Assembly: GCA_014191035.1 (NCBI GenBank) | Contig: BJGX01000002.1 | Location: 18,813-82,812 of the forward strand | Length of the DNA stretch: 64,000 bases | DNA from: Candidatus Saccharimonadota bacterium | GTDB taxonomy: Bacteria > Patescibacteriota > Saccharimonadia > CAILAD01 > BJGX01 | Direction: 5' to 3' | In this document: one piece after another, positions 9,646 to 20,489 of the stretch | How positions within the stretch are numbered: the stretch's first letter is position 1 | Layout: each line of letters starts with the position of its first letter | Notes under the pieces: model-generated | Told to the model about the DNA's origin: nothing | What the model saw: the letters and a program-made list of their open reading frames with translations, nothing else | Databases searched by the model: none | Program-made: the position numbers and the translations under genes

Positions 9646-10869
9646 ATGAAAAAAGAACCAACCAATAAAAACTCTTTAATTACAAAGAAAAACGCCCTTG
9701 TTTTGGGAGTAGGTTTTTTGCTTGGAATATTTAGCTTCTGGCTAGTAGGGATAATAACCAGCCCTTCATTAAGTAAACAGAAGCTTGATACTACCTTACT
9801 TAATAAGGTTCAGTCTATTTTGCAAAACAAATACAATGGAGATATCGATTATCAAAAAATGTCTGAAGGAGCAGCCGCAGGTGCCGTTGCTTCCTTGGGC
9901 GACCCGTACACTGTATTTTTGGATGAAAAATCTAATAAGGAGCTAAATGATGATTTAGCAGGCGAGCTTTCAGGTATAGGCATTGAGGTTGGTCAAAAGA
10001 ATGACCGACTAACCGTTATCGCTCCAATCGATGGAACTCCTGCTGACAAGGCCGGCATACGCGCGGGGGATTATATTGCTGCAATTGATGGGGTTGATAC
10101 GAGAACTCTGACCATAGATGAAGCTGTCAAAAAAATACGTGGCGAAAAGGGCACCAATGTTAAATTGACTGTAGTGAGGGGTAGTGAATCGCCAAAAGAA
10201 ATAGAAATTACACGTGACTTAATCAGTGTTCCTAGTGTAACAAGCGAAATGAAGGCCGATGGCGTTGGATACATTAAGATACGTCGCTTTGGCGATGATA
10301 CTGCGCAAGAAGTTCGTAAAGCAGGCTTAACTCTAAATACTCAAGGGGCAAAAGTTTTAGTATTAGATGTAAGAGATAATCCCGGCGGTTATCTGCAGTC
10401 GGCCGTGGATGTTGCTTCTGAGTTTTATAGTGAAGGTGTGGTCGTTGAGGAGAGATCTCGAAACTCTAAGAATAAAGTAGATACAGCTCGGCCCGGAGGC
10501 GCATTAACAGACCTACCAGTAGTTGTTTTAATAAATGAAGGAAGTGCTTCAGCATCCGAAATATTAGCAGGCGCATTAAATGACAAGGATAATGCCATCT
10601 TGGTAGGAGAAAAATCTTACGGCAAGGGTAGTGTTCAAGAAGTTATCTGCTTAAACAATGTATTATTTACAAGTAGCTGTAAGGGTCCATCTCTGAAGGT
10701 TACTATTGCAAATTGGTTTACTCCTGCAGGAGTAAATATCAGTAAAGAAGGCATTAGACCAGAGTTTGAAGTTAAATTAAGTACTGACGATGCGAATAAC
10801 AATCGCGACCCTCAGCTAGATAAGGCCCTCGAGCTTGCCAAGCAAGAAATAAATAACTTTTTATATTGA
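9646..10869 (+). CDS. ctpA: S41 carboxyl-terminal processing protease (PDZ)
   Basis: LGDPYT, GIG, DVRDNPGG, SASASEI, GKGSVQ. Confidence 0.92.
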   Translation: MKKEPTNKNSLITKKNALVLGVGFLLGIFSFWLVGIITSPSLSKQKLDTTLLNKVQSILQNKYNGDIDYQKMSEGAAAGAVASLGDPYTVFLDEKSNKELNDDLAGELSGIGIEVGQKNDRLTVIAPIDGTPADKAGIRAGDYIAAIDGVDTRTLTIDEAVKKIRGEKGTNVKLTVVRGSESPKEIEITRDLISVPSVTSEMKADGVGYIKIRRFGDDTAQEVRKAGLTLNTQGAKVLVLDVRDNPGGYLQSAVDVASEFYSEGVVVEERSRNSKNKVDTARPGGALTDLPVVVLINEGSASASEILAGALNDKDNAILVGEKSYGKGSVQEVICLNNVLFTSSCKGPSLKVTIANWFTPAGVNISKEGIRPEFEVKLSTDDANNNRDPQLDKALELAKQEINNFLY

Positions 10870-10926
10870 CCTGCTGCAAAACTAAGAGCTATTATATAAA
10901 CTAATAATTAAGTTGGAGGGGGAGTT

Positions 10927-12576
10927 ATAAAAAAATCAAACACAAAATATATTTTTGTTACCGGCGGCGTAATTTCTGGTCTAGGCAAAGGAATATCTGC
11001 CGCCTCACTCGGTAAAATATTATCCTCTAGAGCTCTGAGGGTCACAATGCAAAAGTGTGATCCTTATTTAAATATGGATGCCGGCACGCTCAATCCCTCC
11101 GAGCATGGAGAGGTTTTTGTTACGTGTGACGGTGGAGAGACGGACTTAGATTTGGGTCACTATGAGAGATTTATCGATAGAGAACTAACAAAAAAATCAT
11201 CCACAATGAGTGGCAAGATATACTCCAAAGTACTTTCAGATGAGCGGAAAGGTTTATTTTTGGGAAAGACAATTCAAATTATCCCCCATATAACTAACGA
11301 AATTATGAATCAAATTATATCATCAGCAGATAACAGCGATGTTCATATAGCAGAAGTTGGTGGTACAGTTGGGGATTACGAAGCAATGGCCTGGATTGAG
11401 GCAATTAGACAAATGAAGCGAAAAGTTGGAGAAGAGAATGTTTTGTATTGTCATGTTGTCTACATCCCCTACCTTGGAGTTAGTAAGGAATTTAAAACAA
11501 AGCCAGCGCAGAATAGTGTAAGAGATCTAAGAGAGGCTGGTATACAGCCAGATATTTTGTTTGTTCGTTCGGATGAGCCTGTAAATGCTGAGGCTTTTGA
11601 AAAAATGAGTTTGTATTGTGATGTAGAAAAAGATGCGATTGTTGCATTGCCCAATGCAGTTAGCGTTTATGAGGTGCCTCTAAGGATGGAGGAGGGCGGT
11701 ATTGGTAATTATATTTGCTCTAGGCTTGAAATATCTTGCAGTAAGCCAAATCTTAAAGACTGGAGCAGTTTAGTAGATAAAATAAGATCAAACAAGCCAA
11801 GCATTACGATAGGTGTTATCGCAAAATACATGTCAAATGAAGATACTTATTTAAGTGTTTTTGAAGCATTGCGTGCTGCAGCTTGGCATCATAATCTTGA
11901 TGTCGAAATAATTTGGGTAGATTCAGAACGAATAGAACTAAGTAATAAAAATTTAGAAGATCTAGATGGCATATTGGTGCCTGGCGGCTTTGGTGTGAGA
12001 GGGGTAGAAGGCAAAATAGCTGCCTCAAGGTATGCAAGAAAAAACAACATACCATATCTCGGACTTTGTCTGGGGATGCAGGTTGCTGTTATTGACTTTG
12101 CTAGAGAGGTATTGGGAGATGAAGAGGCTAATAGTAGCGAGATGAATCCAGATGCAAAAAACAAAGTAATTTATATAATGCCTGATCAAATTAATGTTGA
12201 TCTTGGAGGAAGTATGCGTCTCGGGGACTATGAAGCAAAGCTTAACAAAAAGTCTAGATCCTACTTGGCCTATGGAAAAACTAAAATTATTGAGCGCCAT
12301 CGCCATAGGTATGAGTTTAATAATGACTATAGAGAAACCCTCGAGAAAGCTGGTCTGGTTATTGCTGCTACTTCAACTGATGGCAAGTTAGTTGAAATAA
12401 TTGAACATAAGGACCATCCCTTCTTTGTTGCGAGTCAATTCCATCCTGAATACAAATCTAGACCTGATAAGCCCCACCCATTGTTTAGAGATTTTGTAGC
12501 CTCTGTGAAGCACAGAAAGTCATTGCTCTCATCTAAATCCACCAACGGTACCATTGCACAAAAAAAGCCGCAATAA
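10927..12576 (+). CDS. pyrG: CTP synthase; start inferred at non-canonical ATA 10927
   Basis: In-frame upstream extension TKYIFVTGGVISGLGKG; DGGETDLDLGHYERF, KTKPAQ, GLCLGMQ, QFHPE. Confidence 0.95.
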   Translation: MKKSNTKYIFVTGGVISGLGKGISAASLGKILSSRALRVTMQKCDPYLNMDAGTLNPSEHGEVFVTCDGGETDLDLGHYERFIDRELTKKSSTMSGKIYSKVLSDERKGLFLGKTIQIIPHITNEIMNQIISSADNSDVHIAEVGGTVGDYEAMAWIEAIRQMKRKVGEENVLYCHVVYIPYLGVSKEFKTKPAQNSVRDLREAGIQPDILFVRSDEPVNAEAFEKMSLYCDVEKDAIVALPNAVSVYEVPLRMEEGGIGNYICSRLEISCSKPNLKDWSSLVDKIRSNKPSITIGVIAKYMSNEDTYLSVFEALRAAAWHHNLDVEIIWVDSERIELSNKNLEDLDGILVPGGFGVRGVEGKIAASRYARKNNIPYLGLCLGMQVAVIDFAREVLGDEEANSSEMNPDAKNKVIYIMPDQINVDLGGSMRLGDYEAKLNKKSRSYLAYGKTKIIERHRHRYEFNNDYRETLEKAGLVIAATSTDGKLVEIIEHKDHPFFVASQFHPEYKSRPDKPHPLFRDFVASVKHRKSLLSSKSTNGTIAQKKPQ

Positions 12577-12584
12577 AGCGGCTT
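12560..12584 (-). terminator. Terminator between convergent pyrG and rpmA
   Basis: AAGCCGC-AATAAA-GCGGCTT with A tract on the left (U tract on minus strand). Confidence 0.7.
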
Positions 12585-12603
12585 GAATGAATGACTATAT
12601 GGA

Positions 12604-12888
12604 TTAGCTAGCGTTAGCTACAACGCTAACAAGTGATCTGCGCTCTTTATTGCCAGTGAAGGCTTGCTTACGAACGGTTTTAAATTCAACCGATCCTGAT
12701 TTAAGAGCAAATAGAGTGTGGTCTTTGCCAATTCCTACGTGAGAACCGGCTATAAATTTAGTGCCTCTTTGGCGAATTATAATATCTCCGGCCTGAACAG
12801 CTTGTCCACCAGAGCGCTTAACCCCAAGTCTTTTTGATTGTGAATCTCTACCGTTTTTTGTAGAACCACCAGCTTTAGTCTTTGACAT
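12604..12888 (-). CDS. rpmA: 50S ribosomal protein L27
   Basis: [39 protein letters not shown]. Confidence 0.97.
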   Translation of the reverse strand: MSKTKAGGSTKNGRDSQSKRLGVKRSGGQAVQAGDIIIRQRGTKFIAGSHVGIGKDHTLFALKSGSVEFKTVRKQAFTGNKERRSLVSVVANAS

Positions 12889-12890
12889 AA

Positions 12891-14033
12891 TTAATTCTCC
12901 TTGTTTGGTTTAAATACAACAATCTGCCGACCTGTAAATTGACCCTCTCTGTAGTAGTTGAGAGTACTTTGTCGAGCAGATTTGAACTCCACAATAGTAT
13001 AGCCCAGATTGGCAATTTCGTCAATAAGATTGAGCCTGATCGTTTGCTCGTTTACCCTCCAGAATGGCACGCAGATACAAACAACATCAGGTAGCCTTTC
13101 CTGTAAGAGCAGGTTTTTAAAAAACTCAACATATATATTTTTTAGGTTCGATATTTGCTCATCTATTAGCTGCTTGGTTGGTTTAGAAAGAAAATTAATT
13201 CCCAAAAAGCCCTCAGTTACCACGCTATAACTTTCTTTTGGATATTTAAGCTTGGTTGCATCGTTTGATTTCAGAATTTCCACTTTTCCTTTGGCATTGA
13301 AATTATCCAAAAACCATTCGATGTTTTTTTTAGCACATTTTGTCATATCATCCGATAAATCACTGCCTATACTGTCATAGCCCATTAGAGAGGCCTCCAT
13401 AAGTAAGCCGCCGGATCCGCAAAATGGATCGCATATTACAGTATTATCATCTGGGTTGGCCAAATTGATCATTATCTGCGAAAGCTTGGGGGGCAACATG
13501 CCAACTTTTCGGTCCCTGCATGGTTTTTCATAATCTCTTTTAGAGTACATATCTATATCCTGAAAAGACAGACCGACTGCTAAAAGCATCTTATCTTTTG
13601 ACTGCACTACGATAAATTCACGTCCATCGGGGAATATCTTGTTGTGCTTTATAGAGGCAGCATTAAGTATTGCGCCATCACTAGGCATTACAAATCTCGG
13701 CTTTAAGCCAGTTGATTTAAGCTCTTTTTTTAGTTTTATCCCAATTTGATTAAAATTAATTTTCGAATTTCCATAATAGCTAATTCCATAATTAAACTTA
13801 GTCTCTATCTCAATATCCTTACAGTGGTTAATTATTTCCTTTTGAAGCTCATTTATACTTGAGACGTTATTGGCAATAATTTCACCTACTTTTATCGTGC
13901 CGCCCAGATTATTGATATCAAATAATTTTTTTGACACAGCAATCTGCTCTGTTATTAGCTCAACATTTTTATCCTTGCTCTCTAGTTCGGCCAAACACAA
14001 ATCTCTTTCTCGTCCTAATATATACAAATACAT
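12891..14033 (-). CDS. Trm11/TrmG10-like SAM-dependent RNA methyltransferase
   Basis: [24 protein letters not shown] motifs. Confidence 0.8.
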   Translation of the reverse strand: MYLYILGRERDLCLAELESKDKNVELITEQIAVSKKLFDINNLGGTIKVGEIIANNVSSINELQKEIINHCKDIEIETKFNYGISYYGNSKINFNQIGIKLKKELKSTGLKPRFVMPSDGAILNAASIKHNKIFPDGREFIVVQSKDKMLLAVGLSFQDIDMYSKRDYEKPCRDRKVGMLPPKLSQIMINLANPDDNTVICDPFCGSGGLLMEASLMGYDSIGSDLSDDMTKCAKKNIEWFLDNFNAKGKVEILKSNDATKLKYPKESYSVVTEGFLGINFLSKPTKQLIDEQISNLKNIYVEFFKNLLLQERLPDVVCICVPFWRVNEQTIRLNLIDEIANLGYTIVEFKSARQSTLNYYREGQFTGRQIVVFKPNKEN

Positions 14034-14087
14034 AACTATATTATAGACCTCATACCACTTAAGCGCGAGCTGATGTACAATAGCTTT

Positions 14088-15089
14088 ATGCGATTAAGAC
14101 ATGTCTTATTTTTTATTGCGTTAGTTTTTATAACTGTATTTGCGATAGTTCAGTTTGGTGAGCTTCAAAATTTTATGGATATTATAAAAAATATCAATGT
14201 ATTTTTGCTGCTGATTGTATTCGCCATTCGATACTTGGCATATTTTGCAAACGCAAAATATTTCCAGGTTTATTTAAAAAATTTCAATCATCCTATACCT
14301 TTCAAATCTATCTATAAGGATGTAATTACTATGAACTTTGCAAATACAGTATTTCCGAGTGGTGGAATTAGCGGCGTAGCATTATTAAGAGGGCAATTTA
14401 GAAAGCACAAGGTTTCGGCCCATACAACTACTGTGGCTCAGGCTTTTTGGTTCGGATTTACTGCTATTTCTTTTATTGTGTACCTGCTTCTTGCACTTTT
14501 AATGCTTTTTTTGTCACAAAAAATTGAAATGGTCAGCTTCAGGTTAATAATGATTGCTTTGGTGTTTGTTTTGGTTGGCTCTATTATCGTAGTCGGACTT
14601 TTATTAAATAGAAAAATTGCCGAGAAAATAACTTACATGTTAACCCGACCCACTAATTGGATCTTAAAAAAATTTAAAAAACACAGCCTAGAACGTGAGC
14701 AGCTACATGAACTCAACAGCAAGTTCTATGAAACGCTTTATGAATTTAAAAATAATTGGCGCATGCTAATTAAGCCATTTTTATGGTGTTTTACTTCAAT
14801 GGGCTTTGACTTGTTATCTCTTTATATGGTCTTTATTGCTTTTGGAGTTTATCCAAACCCCGGAGTAATTATTGCGGCGTACCTAATCGCCCTCGGCCTT
14901 TCTGTATTGTCAGTTTTCACTTCGGGTATTGGGGTTTTTGAAATCAGCATGGTTAGTATACTTGTTGGCCTTGGATTGAGCTTTGACTTGAGCTTTTCTG
15001 CTTCGATTGTTTTTAGGATAATAGCACTTTGGTTGTTTTTACCTGTTGGTCTTTATTTTTACAAACGGACAATGCTGGATGGGAAATGA
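14088..15089 (+). CDS. Lysylphosphatidylglycerol synthase TM / flippase-like membrane protein
   Basis: Multi-TM; PSGG, SGIGVFE, FRII patterns; start moved to the ATG 6 nt after TACAAT. Confidence 0.8.
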   Translation: MRLRHVLFFIALVFITVFAIVQFGELQNFMDIIKNINVFLLLIVFAIRYLAYFANAKYFQVYLKNFNHPIPFKSIYKDVITMNFANTVFPSGGISGVALLRGQFRKHKVSAHTTTVAQAFWFGFTAISFIVYLLLALLMLFLSQKIEMVSFRLIMIALVFVLVGSIIVVGLLLNRKIAEKITYMLTRPTNWILKKFKKHSLEREQLHELNSKFYETLYEFKNNWRMLIKPFLWCFTSMGFDLLSLYMVFIAFGVYPNPGVIIAAYLIALGLSVLSVFTSGIGVFEISMVSILVGLGLSFDLSFSASIVFRIIALWLFLPVGLYFYKRTMLDGK

Positions 15090-16278
15090 TGCTATTACAG
15101 TTTCGGAGTTTAATTCTTTATTAAATCAGACGCTTACTTTTGCTTACCCAGAAGTGGTTGTAGAGGGAGAGGTTTCGAGCTTTAAAATTAACCAAAGTAA
15201 ATGGATATTTTTTGACCTAAAGGACGAACATAATTTAGTCGGCTGTTTTATGACTATTTATCAGCTTAAAACTGAACTTGAGGATGGAATGTTGATTCGA
15301 GTTAAAGCCACACCCCAGCTTACTAAATGGGGAAAATTCAGTCTAACCGTTAAAGAAGTCGAGTTGGCTGGTGAGGGCTCTGTAAAGCGTGCCTTTGAAA
15401 TGCTCAAGTCGAAATTTGAAAAAGAAGGATTGTTTTTAGAAGATCGTAAGAGAGAACTCCCGCTCTATCCTCAGCGGGTTGGATTGGTAACATCAAATCA
15501 GGCGGCTGCATTTAATGACTTTATAACTATCTTAGAGGACCGTTGGTCGGGTTTAGACGTGGAACATATCCAAGTGCAGGTTCAGGGCCCAAGCGCACCC
15601 GATCAAATATCTAAGGCAATTGAACATATGAATATGTTTGGCAGTTATGATGTGCTGGTTGTCATAAGGGGAGGTGGCAGTGCCGAGGATTTGCAGGCTT
15701 TTAATTCGGAAGAAGTTGTAAGAGCAATTTATGCCAGCAACATACCGACTCTTGTTGCAATCGGCCACGAGGACGATATAACTCTATCTGAGCTGGCGGC
15801 AGATGTTAGGGGTGCCACACCAACCGATGCAGCCAGGAGACTAGTGCCCGATAAAAATGAGCTTCTGGAGAAGATTGGTGCCATTCAGTTAAGAAATTTT
15901 AATATGCTAGAAGGCATCTCTGCCAAGGGGCGATCCGTGCTCGACAGCTTTTACTATAGCATCGAAGCTAGGATCAATAATATGAGACATACTGCCGCAG
16001 ATAGCCATACTCGAAGCATCAATTCTATTGACAGGCATATGCAGGCTGTTTTGTCCGTAATACAATTGCAAAGAAAATTACTAAAAAGCCTTGACCCGTC
16101 GGCGATACTATCGAGAGGCTACAGCATAACAAGAGTTAATGGAAAAGTAATTAAATCATCTGATGAATACATTTCAGGCGCAGAGCTTATGATACAATTG
16201 CATAAAGGACAGATAAATATTAAGGCTGATGCAGGAGAAAAAGATGCCAAAAGACAGCAAACCGAACTCAGGTTTTAA
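15079..16278 (+). CDS. xseA: Exodeoxyribonuclease VII large subunit
   Basis: VEGEVS, FDLKD, IRGGGSAEDL, AIGHEDD, TPTDAA, LSRGYS. Confidence 0.95.
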   Translation: MGNDAITVSEFNSLLNQTLTFAYPEVVVEGEVSSFKINQSKWIFFDLKDEHNLVGCFMTIYQLKTELEDGMLIRVKATPQLTKWGKFSLTVKEVELAGEGSVKRAFEMLKSKFEKEGLFLEDRKRELPLYPQRVGLVTSNQAAAFNDFITILEDRWSGLDVEHIQVQVQGPSAPDQISKAIEHMNMFGSYDVLVVIRGGGSAEDLQAFNSEEVVRAIYASNIPTLVAIGHEDDITLSELAADVRGATPTDAARRLVPDKNELLEKIGAIQLRNFNMLEGISAKGRSVLDSFYYSIEARINNMRHTAADSHTRSINSIDRHMQAVLSVIQLQRKLLKSLDPSAILSRGYSITRVNGKVIKSSDEYISGAELMIQLHKGQINIKADAGEKDAKRQQTELRF

Positions 16279-16453
16279 ATATTCAGAAGCTATAAAGGAA
16301 CTCCAGGAGATAACCGACTATTTAGAAAGTAGCGAAGTAGATCTTGATGAGGCCATAGAAAAATTCGACAGGGGAAGTAAGATAGCTAGCGAAATAGAGA
16401 ATCACCTAAAGAACGCCGAAAACAAGATCAAAACAATCAAATCTAAATCATAG
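16244..16453 (+). CDS. xseB: Exodeoxyribonuclease VII small subunit
   Basis: YSEAIKELQEI..LES..VDLDEAIEKF pattern; follows xseA. Confidence 0.9.
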   Translation: MPKDSKPNSGFKYSEAIKELQEITDYLESSEVDLDEAIEKFDRGSKIASEIENHLKNAENKIKTIKSKS

Positions 16454-16488
16454 ACTTATAGCAGTAAAAATGTTATAGTAACGCCGAT

Positions 16489-16881
16489 ATGCCAGATTAC
16501 TTTACAGCCCTAGTTGGACAGTATTGTGGAGCGGTAAACTCCAGTCAGGCCGAGAATTATGCTCGGTCATTTATAGATGCGTGGTATTTTACACTACCCC
16601 GAGCCAAGCAATCAGAACTTGTTTCTATACTTCCAGACTATTTGAGGCCACGAAAACAAAATACCTTTAATTTTAAAAGGCAGACTGAATTTAGAGGTGT
16701 ACAATCGGATATCTTTATATCTAGATTAACAATGGATTTGGGTAGATCAGCAGAAGATGAGACAAAATATATTATTTTAGGAGTCATGAAGAGCATAAAG
16801 ATTATTTCGTCACCTGAGCAAAAATTCAGCTATTCAAAACTATTTGATAAAAAGCTTTTTGATCTTTATGTGAGAGCATAG
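16489..16881 (+). CDS. DUF2267-like helical protein
   Basis: Two-repeat helical pattern (AE..AR..., LP..LR) recalled from the family. Confidence 0.5.
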   Translation: MPDYFTALVGQYCGAVNSSQAENYARSFIDAWYFTLPRAKQSELVSILPDYLRPRKQNTFNFKRQTEFRGVQSDIFISRLTMDLGRSAEDETKYIILGVMKSIKIISSPEQKFSYSKLFDKKLFDLYVRA

Positions 16882-16882
16882 A

Positions 16883-17674
16883 ATGAATAACATGCAATTC
16901 AGACTAGATTCATCTACTAAAGATTTTGATGAAATTTTCTTCAATCGACCAGTAAGTAAAATTCAGGCTTCATGGGTTGGTATAGTTACATCTAAAAATG
17001 TAACCATAAAAGAAGTTAGCTCAATTTACCAGATAATAAATGAGATGTCTCATAATACTGCTTTAGTAGCAGACGAGAGGCAGTTTCATGATGCTTTTGC
17101 AGTCGATGTATCCCTAAAGCCTAAAAAGACGCCTGGATACTCAAACATAGATGATGGAATAGAAAGCTTAAGAAATTGTAAAATAATTATTTTTCTAGCA
17201 GGTAAAGAATTAAACTCAGATATGGAATTATTTATGATTAAGCTTCTTGATAACTTTAAGGGGCTAATTATTACCGATTATCCCGAGATATTTTACGATG
17301 TAGATTTTGTTGGTCAGAAGATTATAATTGCCGATAAGAATAAAATAAAATCAAATTACAACTTTGGACTTAACCATACTGCCGGACTTGTTCAGTCTTA
17401 TGCTCAGGAAAATAAGAGCCCAGTAGTGTTTTTTGATAAAAATCAAATAATCTGCCTAGACAACAATCATAAAGATACAGCCTGCATAGTTAATTCAAAA
17501 GAAACCATCCTAAGAGAAGATTTTATTGGCTTTTTGGCGAGCCTAATGTCAGATAAAAAAATACCTCTTGAAGCTGATTGGCTGAGGTATTGTCAGGCAG
17601 CGGGCTATTTAACCCGAAAGATGCAAACGGAAGGATTAAGATCTGTTAAAAAGTATCTTGAAGAAAAGTTTTGA
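16883..17674 (+). CDS. Divergent YjeF-C/NnrD-like ribokinase-fold protein
   Basis: N-terminal F.EIFFNRP.SK.QA resembles CPR NnrD-like proteins; glycine motifs eroded. Confidence 0.45.
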   Translation: MNNMQFRLDSSTKDFDEIFFNRPVSKIQASWVGIVTSKNVTIKEVSSIYQIINEMSHNTALVADERQFHDAFAVDVSLKPKKTPGYSNIDDGIESLRNCKIIIFLAGKELNSDMELFMIKLLDNFKGLIITDYPEIFYDVDFVGQKIIIADKNKIKSNYNFGLNHTAGLVQSYAQENKSPVVFFDKNQIICLDNNHKDTACIVNSKETILREDFIGFLASLMSDKKIPLEADWLRYCQAAGYLTRKMQTEGLRSVKKYLEEKF

Positions 17675-17681
17675 TAACTAA

Positions 17682-17768
17682 TGGTGCCAAAGGTGGGAGT
17701 CGAACCCACACGCCCTTGCGAGCACACGATTTTGAGTCGTGCGTGTCTGCCAATTCCACCACTCTGGC
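17682..17768 (-). tRNA. tRNA-Leu (CAA)
   Basis: Minus strand GCCAGAG...TGGCA D loop, CACGA-CT-CAA-AA-TCGTG anticodon arm, long variable arm, GGTTCGA T loop, encoded CCA. Confidence 0.97.
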
Positions 17769-17846
17769 TTAAAAAACATTTTTAGCAGATGAATAAGTAG
17801 TTCATATTATATATAATAGAAGTAAATCAAGCAAAAGAATTATTAT

Positions 17847-19040
17847 ATGAAGATTATACATCCAAACAACGACGATACTGAAAAACACTCAAGCCAGTTG
17901 AATGAGGGCGAAGAGATCTCTTTGGGGTTAGAGCCTAAGCAGGAGCTTAAGCATAGTTCAGTTGAGCATTCTAAACCAGGGGAAGAAAATTATCATAAGA
18001 TTACAAAAATTAATCACAATAGAATTACAGACGAATCAAACATAGCACCTCATGCGCAGGGTGATTTAAGCACCAGAGCTCAACTTGAAACACAAGACAA
18101 CACTACTGAGCATTACGAATTGTCGAATTATCCCAAAATCGACTTGAAGCCAGACGAATCTGAAGATCGTCCAGAAGATTCAAATCAAAAGAAAACTACA
18201 AGGCAAAAATTATCGGAAATAAGAAAACACAAGCATTGGCATAATGCCAAGCTGGTTGTTGGAACAGTTCTGGTGTTTTTGCTGATATTTAATTCTCAGT
18301 GGTTTATATCGCAATTTATGTTCTTGTTTAACAGACCAAAGGCTCAGACAACAACAGAACAAGCCCAAGATAAAAACCAACAGGCTTCTAAAAATACAGA
18401 AGCTGAAGTTGTTGGTCCACAAAATGAAATTATTATTCCTAAGATTGGGGTAACTGCACCTTTAGTTTTTATAAACACAACCAATGAGGCCGATGTGCTC
18501 TTCGCATTAAGAGACGGAATAGTGCACTATTATGGCACAGCACTGCCCGGAGAAGTGGGGAATTCAGTATTTTTTGGGCATTCTAGCAATGATTGGTGGG
18601 AGCCTGGTAACTACAAATTTGTATTTGTTCTGCTAGAAAAGCTAGCAGTTGGTGACACCTATGAAATACACTATAATTCCAGAAAATATGTGTATAAAGT
18701 TTCAGAAACAAAGATAGTAGCACCCAATGATCTAAGTGTGCTTAATCAAACAAGCGAACCTACCTCTACACTCATCACCTGTACGCCTCCAGGCACTAGT
18801 TGGCAAAGGTTTGTAGTTGTAGGAAAGCAAATATCTCCCGTATTCAATACTTCCACTTCTCAGTCAGAGCAAAAGACTGCAAATAATAAAACTTCTACGT
18901 CTTCGACCCTACCTAGTGCTCCTCCAAGTTTGTGGCAACAAATAACAGACTTCTTTTCGGGCCTAACTGGAGGCAGAGACAATAAAGATTCTAGCAACCA
19001 GCAACCTACCGAAGTAAAGCGATTACCTGAAATTAATTAA
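17847..19040 (+). CDS. Sortase with long acidic N-terminal region
   Basis: TM anchor, IPKIGV, FGHSS (His), TLITC (Cys), downstream Arg. Confidence 0.9.
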   Translation: MKIIHPNNDDTEKHSSQLNEGEEISLGLEPKQELKHSSVEHSKPGEENYHKITKINHNRITDESNIAPHAQGDLSTRAQLETQDNTTEHYELSNYPKIDLKPDESEDRPEDSNQKKTTRQKLSEIRKHKHWHNAKLVVGTVLVFLLIFNSQWFISQFMFLFNRPKAQTTTEQAQDKNQQASKNTEAEVVGPQNEIIIPKIGVTAPLVFINTTNEADVLFALRDGIVHYYGTALPGEVGNSVFFGHSSNDWWEPGNYKFVFVLLEKLAVGDTYEIHYNSRKYVYKVSETKIVAPNDLSVLNQTSEPTSTLITCTPPGTSWQRFVVVGKQISPVFNTSTSQSEQKTANNKTSTSSTLPSAPPSLWQQITDFFSGLTGGRDNKDSSNQQPTEVKRLPEIN

Positions 19041-20423
19041 TCCACGAGGCTGAAGGGTATAGTAGCTCAGACTACCAGAAAGGGAGTAGTAGATAGATTT
19101 ACTATCAATTTGAGTTGTAAAAGTGTAGTTATCGAGTGGGTTTGAGTTTGGCGGAATCTTTGTTAGGTTGTAACCATTAAAGTCAATTATGTATAGTCCA
19201 TCTGCCTTGGAGAGAACTATTTGGTAATTGCTTAGCCACTTCAGAGAGCTAACTGCCGCTAAGCCAGCAGAATATCTGTCTCCAGTTTCAATATCAATAG
19301 TTTTGAGGGTGTCCTTTTGTGTAAAACTTAAGAATCTCCCAGTTGGACTAAAGTTGATATTATTAGTTTCGTTGCCAATATTTGAGGTTAGATTTTTACC
19401 TTCTGCCTGCCTAAAGACTATTAAATCTCCATTTCCAGTGTCTCTAATGGCTAAAATTTTCTGGCCATTATATTCCGTCGCGGTAATGCTTCTGGTTGAA
19501 CTAGCCGGTTGTAATTGGGTAAGAACGTATCTATTATTGCCATTGTAATCATATCGTACTAGGAATTGTCCTTGCTCCAATGGGGATAGATTTTCAAGAG
19601 TATATAGATAATCTTTGTCGATTTGGTAAGAGGCAACTCCGCTAATATTAAGATCTAGAATTTGTTTATTATCAACATTTAGCCTTCGTATTTTGCCACC
19701 TTCAAGGTTATATAACTCTTTAGAGTTTCTTTGATTAAATTTGACATCTGTTGGCTTTTGGCCCAGCGATGGCTCTATATTGAAAAATTGACCATTGTTG
19801 TTATCGACCCAGAAAAACGACGGCTGGCCCTCTGGGTAATTTGCCTTAACAAACAAAGATGAGCCATCACGACTCAACTGACCTTCGGTTAATTTAACTG
19901 GGGCCTGAATGGCAGGATTAACTGGCAACTCAATAATTTTTCTGGGGCTGTTTGATTTATCAAGCTCATAAATTGTGCCGGGGCTGTTCAAGAATCCAAA
20001 AACTTTATTACGCTCTGTGCTTGAAAGTAATGTGTCAAATTTGATTTCTGTAAACTTATCATTTTGCTCAATTGCATTTGGTATTAAAAGGGCGTAGTCG
20101 GCAAAAGTTACCTGGCCAGGCCTTACAGTGTATTTTGAAAGCCAGTTTTTATAGTCATTTCTGGAATATTCAACCGTCAAATCTCCAGTCTTAAAGTTTT
20201 CGAGTCTGTGGGGAGTTTTTTGAGAAATGGTGCGTCCATTAATTTTTATTGTTGCGCCAGATGGGTTTGAGCCAAGCAGCACTAGCCCAGTGGAAAATAT
20301 CTCGCCCCTGAAAACGTCAATATTGTAGCCCGACGAAAAGGCTACTATAAGTATTGTTCCAATCGCAACAAGAATAGTTCCTATGGTTATCTTGAGCGAA
20401 GATCTTGTCTTTTGTGATATCAT
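19023..20423 (-). CDS. PEGA-domain / beta-propeller membrane-anchored protein
   Basis: N-terminal TM, SNPSGATIKING..KTP, FSPTG repeat-like segment. Confidence 0.8.
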   Translation of the reverse strand: MISQKTRSSLKITIGTILVAIGTILIVAFSSGYNIDVFRGEIFSTGLVLLGSNPSGATIKINGRTISQKTPHRLENFKTGDLTVEYSRNDYKNWLSKYTVRPGQVTFADYALLIPNAIEQNDKFTEIKFDTLLSSTERNKVFGFLNSPGTIYELDKSNSPRKIIELPVNPAIQAPVKLTEGQLSRDGSSLFVKANYPEGQPSFFWVDNNNGQFFNIEPSLGQKPTDVKFNQRNSKELYNLEGGKIRRLNVDNKQILDLNISGVASYQIDKDYLYTLENLSPLEQGQFLVRYDYNGNNRYVLTQLQPASSTRSITATEYNGQKILAIRDTGNGDLIVFRQAEGKNLTSNIGNETNNINFSPTGRFLSFTQKDTLKTIDIETGDRYSAGLAAVSSLKWLSNYQIVLSKADGLYIIDFNGYNLTKIPPNSNPLDNYTFTTQIDSKSIYYSLSGSLSYYTLQPRGLINFR

Positions 20424-20489
20424 ATTTTTATTACTGAGTTGATTATAAACCAGTTTTGAATCTATCTAAATACTAACAAAGGAAAATTC

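Noticed and set aside
17682-17768. tRNA-Leu as an integration site
   Set aside because: No duplicated 3' end or integrase noticed; the flanking genes look native
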